Assembly (NCBI GenBank): GCA_032718475.1
Contig: JAUCBJ010008363.1
Coordinates: 293,056-357,055, forward strand
Reading direction: 5' to 3'
DNA: 64,000 nt
Origin: Nemertoderma westbladi
Lineage: Eukaryota > Animalia > Xenacoelomorpha
The notes under the pieces were generated by a model, which did not search any database, was not told the DNA's origin, and was given only the letters and a program-made list of their open reading frames with translations. Made by a program: the position numbers and the translations under genes. How positions within the stretch are numbered: position 1 is the first letter of the stretch; the number at the start of each line of letters is the position of its first letter. Shown here in pieces: positions 42,001 through 53,106 of this stretch.

Positions 42001-45000
42001 GGAGCCAAAGTTAATATGTAATGCAATAATTCACCTCAAATATCTCAGCTAGTTCATGAATATAATGAGTATAAAATCCTTGTCAAAATCCTTGGTGATT
42101 TTCAGCAATAAAAAAATTTATTAAAATCTCCTCTGATTTTTTACAAAAAACGACATCGATTTTCATATTCATGACTTCTATCCCACTCCAAGAGATAGTC
42201 AATCTTAAACGAAAGTTAAAAGAACAGGTAACACTGGTAACACAGTGAAGAGATAAGTAGCCTATCTCCCTGTTAATATTGTTGTGTTCTAGAATATTTA
42301 TTATTGTTTCATCGGATTGCCAAAGATACTGGAGCTGAAGTTAATATATAATACAATAATTCACCTCAAATATCTCAGTTTTTTCATGAACATAATGAAG
42401 TATTAAAGCCATGTCAAAATCCTTGGTGTTTTTCAGCAATAATTAATCATAATATCCTTCGACTTTTTTAAAAAACCACATCGATTTTCATATTCATGAC
42501 TTCTATCCCAGTCCACAAGATAAAGAATCTTAAACGAAAGTCAAAAAACAGGTAACACTTACATTTATAGAAGTAATCAGCTGTTATTTGATGCTTCGTC
42601 TTTCACCTGGAGATGGATGAATTTTGATTGCGTCGGAACACCCCCTTTTTGAGGCTCTCAGAGTGAAGAGATAAGTAGCCTATCTCCCTGTTAATATTGT
42701 TGTGTTCTAGAATATTTATTATAGTTTCATCGTATTGCCAAAGCGGCTGGAGCCAAAGTTAATATGTAATGCAATAATTCACCTCAAATATCTCAGCTAG
42801 TTCATGAATATAATGAGTATAAAATCCTTGTCAAAATCCTTGTTGATTTTCAGCAATAAAAAAATTTATTAAAATCTCCTCTGATTTTTTACAAAAAACG
42901 ACATCGATTTTCATATTCATGACTTCTATCCCACTCCAAGAGATAGTCAATCTTAAACGAAAGTCAAAAGAACAGGTAACACTGGTAACACAGTGAAGAG
43001 ATAAGTAGCCTATCTCATTGTTAATATTGTTGTGTTCTAGAATATTTATTATTGTTTCATCGTATTGCTAAAGTGGCTGGAGCTTAATTTATTATGTAAT
43101 ACAATAATTCACCTCATGTATCTCAGCTATTTCATGAACGTATTGATGTATTAAAGCCATGTTAAAATCCTTGGTGTTTTTCAGCATAATTAATCATAAT
43201 ATCCTTCGAATTTTTTAAAAAACCACATCGATTTTCATATTCATGACTTCTATCCCAATCCACAAGATAAAGAATCTTAAACGAAAGTCAAAAAACAGGT
43301 AACACTTACATTTATAGAAGTAATCAGCTGTTATTTGCTTCGTCTTTCCCCTGGAGATGGATGAATTTTGATTGTGTCAGAACACCCCCTTTTAGAGACT
43401 CTCAGAGTGAAGAGATAAGTAGCCTATCTCCCTGTTAATATTGTTGTGTTCTAGAATATTTATTATGGTTTCATCGTATTGCTAATGTGGCTGGAGTTAA
43501 AGTTATTATGTAATGCAATAATTCACCTCAAATATCTAAGTTTTTTCATGAACATAATGAAGTATTAAAGCCATGTCAAAATCCTTGGGGTTTTTCAGCA
43601 ATAATTTATCAAAATATCCTCTGATTTTTTTCAAAAACCACATCGATTTTCATAATTATAACTTCTAACCCACTCCATGAGATAGACAATCTTAAATGAA
43701 AGTCAAAAGAACAGGTAACACTGGTCACACAATAAAGAGATAAGTAGCCTATCTCCCTGTTAATATTGTTGTGTTCTAGAATATTTATTATAGTTTCAAC
43801 GTATTGCCAAAGAGACTGGAGCTGAAGTTAACATATAATGCAACAATTCACCTCAAGTATCTAGGTTTTTTCATGAACATAATGAAGTATTAAAGCCATG
43901 TCAAAATCCTTGGGGTTTTTCAGCAATAATTTATCAAAATATCCTCAGATTTTTTTAAAAAACCACATCGATTTTCATATTCATGACTTCTATCCCAGTC
44001 CACAAGATAAAGAATCTTAAACGAAAGTCAAAAAACAGGTAACACTTACATTTATAGAAGTAATCAGCTGTTCTTTGATGCTTCGTCTTTCCCCAGGAGA
44101 TGGATGAATTTTGATTGCGTCGGAACACCCCCTTTTTGAGGCTCTCAGAGTGAAGAGATAAGTAGCCTATATCCCTGTTAATATTGTTGTGTTCTAGAAT
44201 ATTTATTATTGTTTCATCGTATTGCTAAAGTGGCTGGAGCTTAATTTATTATGTAATACAATAATTCACCTCAAGTATCTCAGCTATTTTATGAACGTAT
44301 TGATGTATTAAAGCCATGTTAAAATCCTTGGTGTTTTTCAGCATAATTAATCATAATATCCTTCGAATTTTTTAAAAAACCACATCGATTTTCATATTCA
44401 TGAATTCTATCCCAATCCACAAGATAAAGAATCTTAAACGAAAGTCAAAAAACAGGTAACACTTACATTTATAGAAGTAATCAGCTGTTATTTGCTTCGT
44501 CTTTCCCCTGGAGATGGATGAATTTTGATTGCGTCGGAACACCCCCTTTTAGAGGCTCTCAGAGTGAAGAGATAAGTAGCCTATCTCCCTGTTAATATTG
44601 TTGTGTTCTAGAATATTTATTATGGTTTCATCGTATTGCTAATGTGGCTGTTGTTAAAGTTATTATGTAATGCAATAATTCACCTCAAATATCTAAGTTT
44701 TTTCATGAACATAATGAAGTATTAAAGCCATGTCAAAATCCTTGGGGTTTTTCAGCAATAATTTATCAAAATATCCTCTGATTTTTTTCAAAAACCACAT
44801 CGATTTTCATAATTATAACTTCTAACCCACTTCATGAGATAGAGAATCTTAAATGAAAGTCAAAAGAACAGGTAACACTGGTCACACAGTAAAGAGATAA
44901 GTAGCCTATCTCCCTGTTAATATTGTTGTGTTCTAGAATATTTATTATAGTTTCAACGTATTGCCAAAGAGACTGGAGCTGAAGTTAACATATAATGCAA

Positions 45001-48000
45001 CAATTCACCTCAAGTATCTAGTTTATTTCATGAACATAATGAAGTATTAAAGCCATGTCAAAATCATTGGTGTTTTTCAGCAATAATTTATCAAAATATC
45101 CTCAGATTTTTTAAAAAAACCACATCGATTTTCATATTCATGACTTCTATCCCAGTCCACAAGATAAAGAATCTTAAACGAAAGTCAAAAAACAGGTAAC
45201 ACTTACATTTATAGAAGTAATCAGCTGTTCTTTGATGCTTCGTCTTTCCCCAGGAGATGGATGAATTTTGATTGCGTCGGAACACCCCCTTTTTGAGGCT
45301 CTCAGAGTGAAGAGATAAGTAGCCTATTTCCCTGTTAATATTGTTGTGTTCTAGAATATTTATTATAGTTTCATCGTATTGCCAAAGCGGCTGGAGCCGA
45401 AATTAATATGTGATACAATAATTCACCTCAAATTTCTCAGCTATTTCATGAATATAATGAGTATTAAAGCCATGTCAAAATCCTTGGGGTTTTTCAGCAA
45501 TAATTTATCAAAATATCCTCTGATTTTTTTCAAAAACCACATCGATTTTCAGATTTATAACTTCTAACCCACTCCATGAGATAGAGAATCGTAAATGAAA
45601 GTCAAAAGAACAGGTAACACTGGTAACACAGTGAAGAGATAAGTAGCCTATCTCCCTGTTAATATTGTTGTGTTCTAGAATATTTATTATAGTTACATCG
45701 TATTGCCAAAGAGACTGGAGCTGAAGTTAATATATAATGCAACAATTTACCTCAAGTATCTAAGTTTTTTCATGAACATAATGAAGTATTAAAGCCATGT
45801 CAAAATCCTTGGGGTTTTTCAGCAATAATTTATCAAAATATCCTAAGATTTTTTACAAAAAACGACATCGATTTTCATATTTATAACTTCTAACCCACTC
45901 CACGAGATAGAGAATCTTAAACGAAAGTCATAAGAACAGGTAACACTTTCATTTATAGAAGTAATCAGCTGTTATTTGCTTCGTCTTTCCCCAGGAGATG
46001 GATGAATTTTGATTGCGTCGGAACACCCCCTTTTTGAGGCTCTCAGAGTGAAGAGATAAGTAGCCTATCTCCCTGTTAATATTGTTGTGTTCTAGAATAT
46101 TTATTATAGTTTCATCGTATTGCCAAAGCGGCTGGAGCCAAAGTTAATATGTAATGCAATAATTCACCTCAAATATCTCAGCTAGTTCATGAATATAATG
46201 AGTATAAAATCCTTGTCAAAATCCTTGGTGATTTTCAGCAATAAAAAAATTTATTAAAATCTCCTCTGATTTTTTACAAAAAACGACATCGATTTTCATA
46301 TTCATGACTTCTATCCCACTCCAAGAGATAGTCAATCTTAAACGAAAGTCAAAAGAACAGGTAACACTGGTAACACAGTGAAGAGATAAGTAGCCTATCT
46401 CCCTGTTAATATTGTTGTGTTCTAGAATATTTATTATTGTTTCATCGTATTGCTAAAGTGGCTGGAGCTTAATTTATTATGTAATACAATAATTCACCTC
46501 ATGTATCTCAGCTATTTCATGAACGTATTGATGTATTAAAGCCATGTTAAAATCCTTGGTGTTTTTCAGCATAATTAATCATAATATCCTTCGAATTTTT
46601 TAAAAAACCACATCGATTTTCATATTCATGACTTCTATCCCAATCCACAAGATAAAGAATCTTAAACGAAAGTCAAAAAACAGGTAACACTTACATTTAT
46701 AGAAGTAATCAGCTGTTATTTGCTTCGTCTTTCCCCTGGAGATGGATGAATTTTGATTGTGTCAGAACACCCCCTTTTAGAGACTCTCAGAGTGAAGAGA
46801 TAAGTAGCCTATCTCCCTGTTAATATTGTTGTGTTCTAGAATATTTATTATGGTTTCATCGTATTGCTAATGTGGCTGGAGTTAAAGTTATTATGTAATG
46901 CAATAATTCACCTCAAATATCTAAGTTTTTTCATGAACATAATGAAGTATTAAAGCCATGTCAAAATCCTTGGGGTTTTTCAGCAATAATTTATCAAAAT
47001 ATCCTCTGATTTTTTTCAAAAACCACATCGATTTTCATAATTATAACTTCTAACCCACTCCATGAGATAGACAATCTTAAATGAAAGTCAAAAGAACAGG
47101 TAACACTGGTCACACAGTAAAGAGATAAGTAGCCTATCTCCCTGTTAATATTGTTGTGTTCTAGAATATTTATTATAGTTTCAACGTATTGCCAAAGAGA
47201 CTGGAGCTGAAGTTAACATATAATGCAACAATTCACCTCAAGTATCTAGGTTTTTTCATGAACATAATGAAGTATTAAAGCCATGTCAAAATCCTTGGGG
47301 TTTTTCAGCAATAATTTATCAAAATATCCTTCGAATTTTTTAAAAAACCACATCGATTTTCATATTCATGAATTCTATCCCAATCCACAAGATAAAGAAT
47401 CTTAAACGAAAGTCAAAAAACAGGTAACACTTACATTTATAGAAGTAATCAGCTGTTATTTGCTTCGTCTTTCCCCTGGAGATGGATGAATTTTGATTGC
47501 GTCGGAACACCCCCTTTTTGAGGCTCTCAGAGTGAAGAGATAAGTAGCCTATTTCCCTGTTAATATTGTTGTGTTCTAGAATATTTATTATAGTTTCATC
47601 GTATTGCCAAAGCGGCTGGGGCCGAAATTAATATGTGATACAATAATTCACCTCAAATTTCTCAGCTATTTCATGAATATAATGAGTATTAAAGCCATGT
47701 CAAAATCCTTGGGGTTTTTCAGCAATAATTTATCAAAATATCCTCTGATTTTTTTCAAAAACCACATCGATTTTCAGATTTATAACTTCTAACCCACTCC
47801 ATGAGATAGAGAATCGTAAATGAAAGTCAAAAGAACAGGTAACACTGGTAACACAGTGAAGAGATAAGTAGCCTATCTCCCTGTTAATATTGTTGTGTTC
47901 TAGAATATTTATTATAGTTACATCGTATTGCCAAAGAGACTGGAGCTGAAGTTAATATATAATGCAACAATTTACCTCAAGTATCTAAGTTTTTTCATAA

Positions 48001-48843
48001 ACATAATGAAGTATTAAAGCCATGTCAAAATCCCTGTTAATATTGTTGTGTTCTAGAATATTTATTATGGTTTCATCGTATTGCTAATGTGGCTGGAGTT
48101 AAAGTTATTATGTAATGCAATAATTCACCTCAAATATCTAAGTTTTTTCATGAACATAATGAAGTATTAAAGCCATGTCAAAATCCTTGGGGTTTTTCAG
48201 CAATAATTTATCAAAATATCCTCAGATTTTTTTAAAAAACCACATCGATTTTCATATTCATGACTTCTATCCCAGTCCACAAGATAAAGAATCTTAAACG
48301 AAAGTCAAAAAACAGGTAACACTTACATTTATAGAAGTAATCAGCTGTTCTTTGATGCTTCGTCTTTCCCCAGGAGATGGATGAATTTTGATTGCGTCGG
48401 AACACCCCCTTTTTGAGGCTCTCAGAGTGAAGAGATAAGTAGCCTATATCCCTGTTAATATTGTTGTGTTCTAGAATATTTATTATTGTTTCATCGTATT
48501 GCTAAAGTGGCTGGAGCTTAATTTATTATGTAATACAATAATTCACCTCAAGTATCTCAGCTATTTCATGAACGTATTGATGTATTAAAGCCATGTTAAA
48601 ATCCTTGGTGTTTTTCAGCATAATTAATCATAATATCCTTCGAATTTTTTAAAAAACCACATCGATTTTCATATTCATGAATTCTATCCCAATCCACAAG
48701 ATAAAGAATCTTAAACGAAAGTCAAAAAACAGGTAACACTTACATTTATAGAAGTAATCAGCTGTTATTTGCTTCGTCTTTCCCCTGGAGATGGATGAAT
48801 TTTGATTGCGTCGGAACACCCCCTTTTAGAGACTCTCAGAGTG
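42000..48843. repeat. Divergent satellite domain mixing ~416-bp and ~325-bp deletion monomers
   Basis: Junction ggtaacac-t-ggt(a/c)acac-agt at 42227, 42975, 43714, 44871, 45613, 46360, 47099, 47838; offsets of 1157, 2225 and 3385 bp recur. Confidence 0.9.
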
Positions 48844-51800
48844 TTCGCGCTTTCAGACCTTTGGCAGTTTAACCCGCCAATTATGATGTCTTCTAGATAT
48901 TAAATCGCTTTTTAGCCTACGACAAGTATTTGATTCACTACACTAGTCGAAACCAATCCGTGTGCGATCATTCACCCGCTGGTTATACCCGGGAGATTGG
49001 GTTCGACGGTTTAATCTTATTGCTATGTAAGCCTAATGTATTATTCGACTGACAGTATTATATAATCTCTGACAATATTATTCACCTTCGGGGAATATTA
49101 ACAGTTCCTTTAGGACGTGGCGCTCTATCTATATAAACAGAGTTATGACTTAAACTACTCACAACGATATGGTTTAGTTATAATTAACATATATGGCGCA
49201 TTCTTTAGGAAATGCTTCTTTAACAGACTCACTCATACACAATGCTGCACAATACTGCACACTAATCTGCCGATCTTCACTGATTTTAGTCACATATAAA
49301 AGGAACACAGGCTGACTCATGTAGGGTCTATCAAATAACATTAGATTCACTTCAAACCACTTTAACATAAGTCACAATCGTTTATCTGTAACCTTTCTCT
49401 CTTACCTTCGGTATATCAAGAATATTGGGTTTCGGGGTTATTTATCGTTATTCCAAATATAATAATTCATCAACCATATTATGAAGAACTGACAGTAAAT
49501 AGCAGTATAAAACAACAACTGAACACAAATTGTTATGAGTTTGCAATGTTTCAGCAGTCAGTAGTATGCCGTGATGAGTTTTGTAGTTTGGTTAGTTAAA
49601 GGATATATGTCCTTATAATTAAACCTACTAGTGTTGAGCTAAAAAGCAGAAAAGCACAAAACACTATAAAGCCGTTCTTTCGTGGCTTTGAAAAACTCGT
49701 GACTACGAGAATACCAACTACACTTATTCCACGAAGCTCCCGTTCAACACAGAGGATGAGCAGTGAGATAGGAAAATTTCAGTTCAGTAGCTCAGGATTG
49801 GTTAAAATCCAGGATAACTCAAATTCTATTGGGAGATACAAAAACAGGGCTATGACGCAACCCTCTTAGGCTGGTTGGCCGATTAAACAGAGCCCAGATA
49901 ACTGCGTACCGCAAATCAGCCAATGAGCTGATAGCTTGCACTCTTTTAACTATAGATCCCTTTTTGAGTATTTCAGCGACCGGGGGGGAACTGGCCAGCA
50001 AAGCAAACGAACCAGTTATCCCACAAAAGCTTTTACACCGCTCCCAGAAAATGGGATTTAAGTCTATAAAATATACAAAATCACAGTTTCTAAAATATAA
50101 AAATACTCTAAACAGTTAGTCTTTCTTGCGTGGACGGCGTTTACGCAGTTTCTTGAGGCTAGCGAGAGTCCTTTTCTCTTTGGGGCGAGCCACTTTATGA
50201 GGAGGGCTGTAGCTCCTAGGCGAAGGGTGCAATATGATTGCATTAGAAGGTTTGGGTTTACGGTCGGTGTCTCGTCCATTTCGATAGGCTTCTCCTCGAG
50301 CTGATTTTCCTCCGCTTGTCATGGGATACGTTCGTTCAAAACTCTCGCAAAGAATAGGGTTTTCTAAGCTTGATATCTTCTTTGAGATTCGAGATTTCTC
50401 AATCGAACTGAGATAAGGCCAATTCGTTTATCGATTGGACTTACTGTTATAACTTACGTTTATCTGAACAAACGCAGATTTCTTTTTTGATCTTTATAGA
50501 ATAGCGTTTAACTTGTTTCGTACAACGCTCTCCTTCACCTTGATGAAGGGTTGTATCGCGTTAAACGGGACGACCATACGGTTGGATAGTGATATTAGGT
50601 GTCCGCGTCATAATCCGGCTAGGTAAGATGGGCGGCTAGGTAGAAATCACTGTCGGAGTGTTACCGATTAATTGTTAGGGTAGCACTAGATCTTTGAACA
50701 GTGAATACAGTCCGTGAGGATCTGCGACACCACCAGGATCGCAGGTCTGAGGTCCAACTGAGGAATGAGGAGGTTTGACCGAGTATTCCGGGACTTTGAT
50801 CGTAGGTTTACTCCAGGATCGTTAGAGCCGAGTGAGCATAGGTGATACGTCAAACAAGTTTCGCTCGAAACTCGAGTAAATATAACAAACACAACTGTGT
50901 TTAACACAACGTTTCCGTGGATGTTTATGTCTTTCCGTTTATTGGCTGGGTCTAGGGCATTTACCATAATAATACCAAAGACGCACGTCTGGTAGGGGAA
51001 ACGCGGGTGATATTTATTTGTTGTTACAATGCTTCTGTCAAGAATTCCAAATATTCGTTGGAGTTACCGCGTTTATTTGTTTCTTTAGTGTCTTTTCTTT
51101 CGAGTCGATTTCGAATAGAAATTTCGCATTCGAATTTCAGTTTATGGTTCCGACTCCGCTGGGCAGGATATATAGTCGACATAGTCCGTATTATGTAAAT
51201 CGATAGGATGACCAATAGTTAAGAAGACCATATACGTACCATTACGCTGCGTATATCGAGCGGCGAATTTTCTATAGTCCAACTCGCGCGCGAGCTGCTC
51301 TTGGGACATTGGCGGTTTGATATAACGACCATCGTCCTCCGTAGCAGTTGGACTAACGTCGCCGCCGCCGCGTATTAAGCTATCAACAAACGCTTGTAAA
51401 AGTAGAGTATATCGCTCCCCGATACCAAGACCATCTTCTATCAACTCCGTCATATCTGCTATATATGAGTTTATCCATATTATAATGAGTTTATATTTAG
51501 GCGAGCGGGCGTCGCTGCCTACTCCAATCAACCCCCGGACAGTACGAGATCCTCAGCGCCGATGTGTCGTCGCCGCTGTACTTTCGCCAATGACGTAGCC
51601 GCACAACGACAATGACAACCGGCACAAGTCACTCGACTCTCCGTCCCAAAGGCTTAGATATACCTCAGGTTCTTACTGGAGAGTTAGGGTTACTTTCACA
51701 ATTGCGACTCGCTACTGTAAACACACCTTAGTAGTAACATTCGCCTATAAACTCACAAATACCACACACACAACTTGTCACAAATTACACACACTCGGGT

Positions 51801-52684
51801 CACTTGTCCGTTAGTCAATGCCTTCCAGAATGTCACTGTATTATTATGTATCCTTGGATACTAGCAGTGCGCTATTTATTCCTATGCTATTCAATGGGAC
51901 AAGCTTTCTATTGTTCTTTTTACTCAATTCTAATTCTAGCGTGGTTGTTGCTATGGTTACATTATGCAAAGCTAGCAGTAGAATTAGGGTAATTCCAATG
52001 CATACAGATCTGGGATGTTATTTAATAGTAATTCTTTAATAGTCAATGTCCTGTTTATACATGACTTTACGAATTTTTATCGGCTATTGACTATGTTTGG
52101 GAGACTTTCGTACACGCATACGCATAATAATATAAATCTCCGCTCCCTTGATCTATTAATTAATGGAATTTTGGGAATGTTATAAATTGCGTGAAATGGC
52201 AATTTATTAAACTCATTAAAAGACATGAATTTAAATTTATTCCCTGAAATTTTATTATTTGATAATTAAATAGACATATTTTGATTCTAGAACATGTCTA
52301 GGGACACAAGATCCTTAATTCTAAGAAAATTGTCTCTTTAAGAATATCGGTAAATGCTACGATATCTTAATTGACTAGAATTGTTGAAGGATCTGAATTT
52401 TACAGATTTTGACTTATTTGATTTGTAAATATTAACTAATTAATATTTGAGATGGGCACCGATTTAATCCAGAACTTGTCTGGGGACGTTAACCACTGAT
52501 TCTATAATTTGTCTTTCAAGTATATCGGTGGGTGCCACAATATCTTAATCGACTAGAATTACAGATGGTCAAAGGGTTTAACAGATTTATTTTGCGTTAT
52601 ACGCTACTGTTAAAGGGACATCACGCTACTATATGTATTATTTAATATACGGTATGAGAGCAATATCGCACGAAGCAATGTCAG
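48842..52684. mobile_element. Unclassified probable TE-derived segment starting TGTTCG at the satellite junction
   Basis: Abrupt break of the satellite at ctcagag|tg; TG terminus; TATATAAA at 49130; GC-richer core with ORF remnants; no recognisable domain. Confidence 0.35.
52290..52590. repeat. Diverged ~180-bp tandem duplication
   Basis: gaacatgtctagggac...atatcggt...atatcttaattgactagaatt...acagattt recurs as gaacttgtctggggac...atatcggt...atatcttaatcgactagaatt...acagattt about 180 bp later. Confidence 0.75.
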
Positions 52685-53088
52685 TGTGAAGAGGCAAGTC
52701 GTTTCCAAGGTCTACCCAGAGCTTGGTTTAGCCGAGACACGAGGATCTGAACTTTGCATTCCTAATACTCTGCCTACCAATAATACTTGAATATAGTAGT
52801 GGCTTTATTGTACTTTAATAAGTACGGACATTTCATCTTACTGTAGTTACGTATTTATAATATAATACGGACAGTAAGGAAAGAGGAAAAATTAATTATT
52901 TCTTCGCCGTCGTACTAAATACAATATAATTAATTACGTACGTAATAAACACGAATATATTGCACTATTCTACTAAATAATCGCTAAATAATATTCTACT
53001 AAATTAAATAAAACGATTATAATAAAATTACATAGTAATACATACATAAATATAAAATAATAAAATAAGATAAAATAATAGAGTCACA
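52685..53088 (-). repeat. Probable 3' LTR of element B (404 bp)
   Basis: Begins TGTGA right after the PPT, ends TCACA (5-bp inverted termini); minus-strand TATAAAT near 52853-52859 and AATAAA at 52804-52809. The distal end is inferred. Confidence 0.6.
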
Positions 53089-53098
53089 CGCCCACTCC
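53089..53098 (-). other. Polypurine tract of element B
   Basis: GGAGTGGGCG immediately before TGTGAC and 8 nt after the pol stop. Confidence 0.65.
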
Positions 53099-53106
53099 GA
53101 ACGATG

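Larger units (their letters stand above)
8205..48843. repeat. Satellite array, ~416-bp AT-rich monomer, about 100 copies in one orientation
   Basis: gagatgg anchor recurs at 8231, 8647, 9062, 9480 and onward; near-identical spurious ORFs recur at multiples of ~416 bp; abrupt ends. Confidence 0.99.

Noticed and set aside
8772-47792. Dozens of 60-101 aa ORFs (MPKRLEPKLIC...) in the array
   Set aside because: Chance frames of the satellite monomer, mostly TTG starts, broken in many copies; no domain similarity.
8205-48843. CRISPR-like or repeat-spacer array
   Set aside because: Whole monomers repeat; there are no unique spacers and no cas genes.
49782-49802. Second tRNA-like head (14-mer gttcagtagctcag shared with 57840-57853)
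   Set aside because: No B box follows, and a single 14-mer match is near chance expectation for this much unique sequence.
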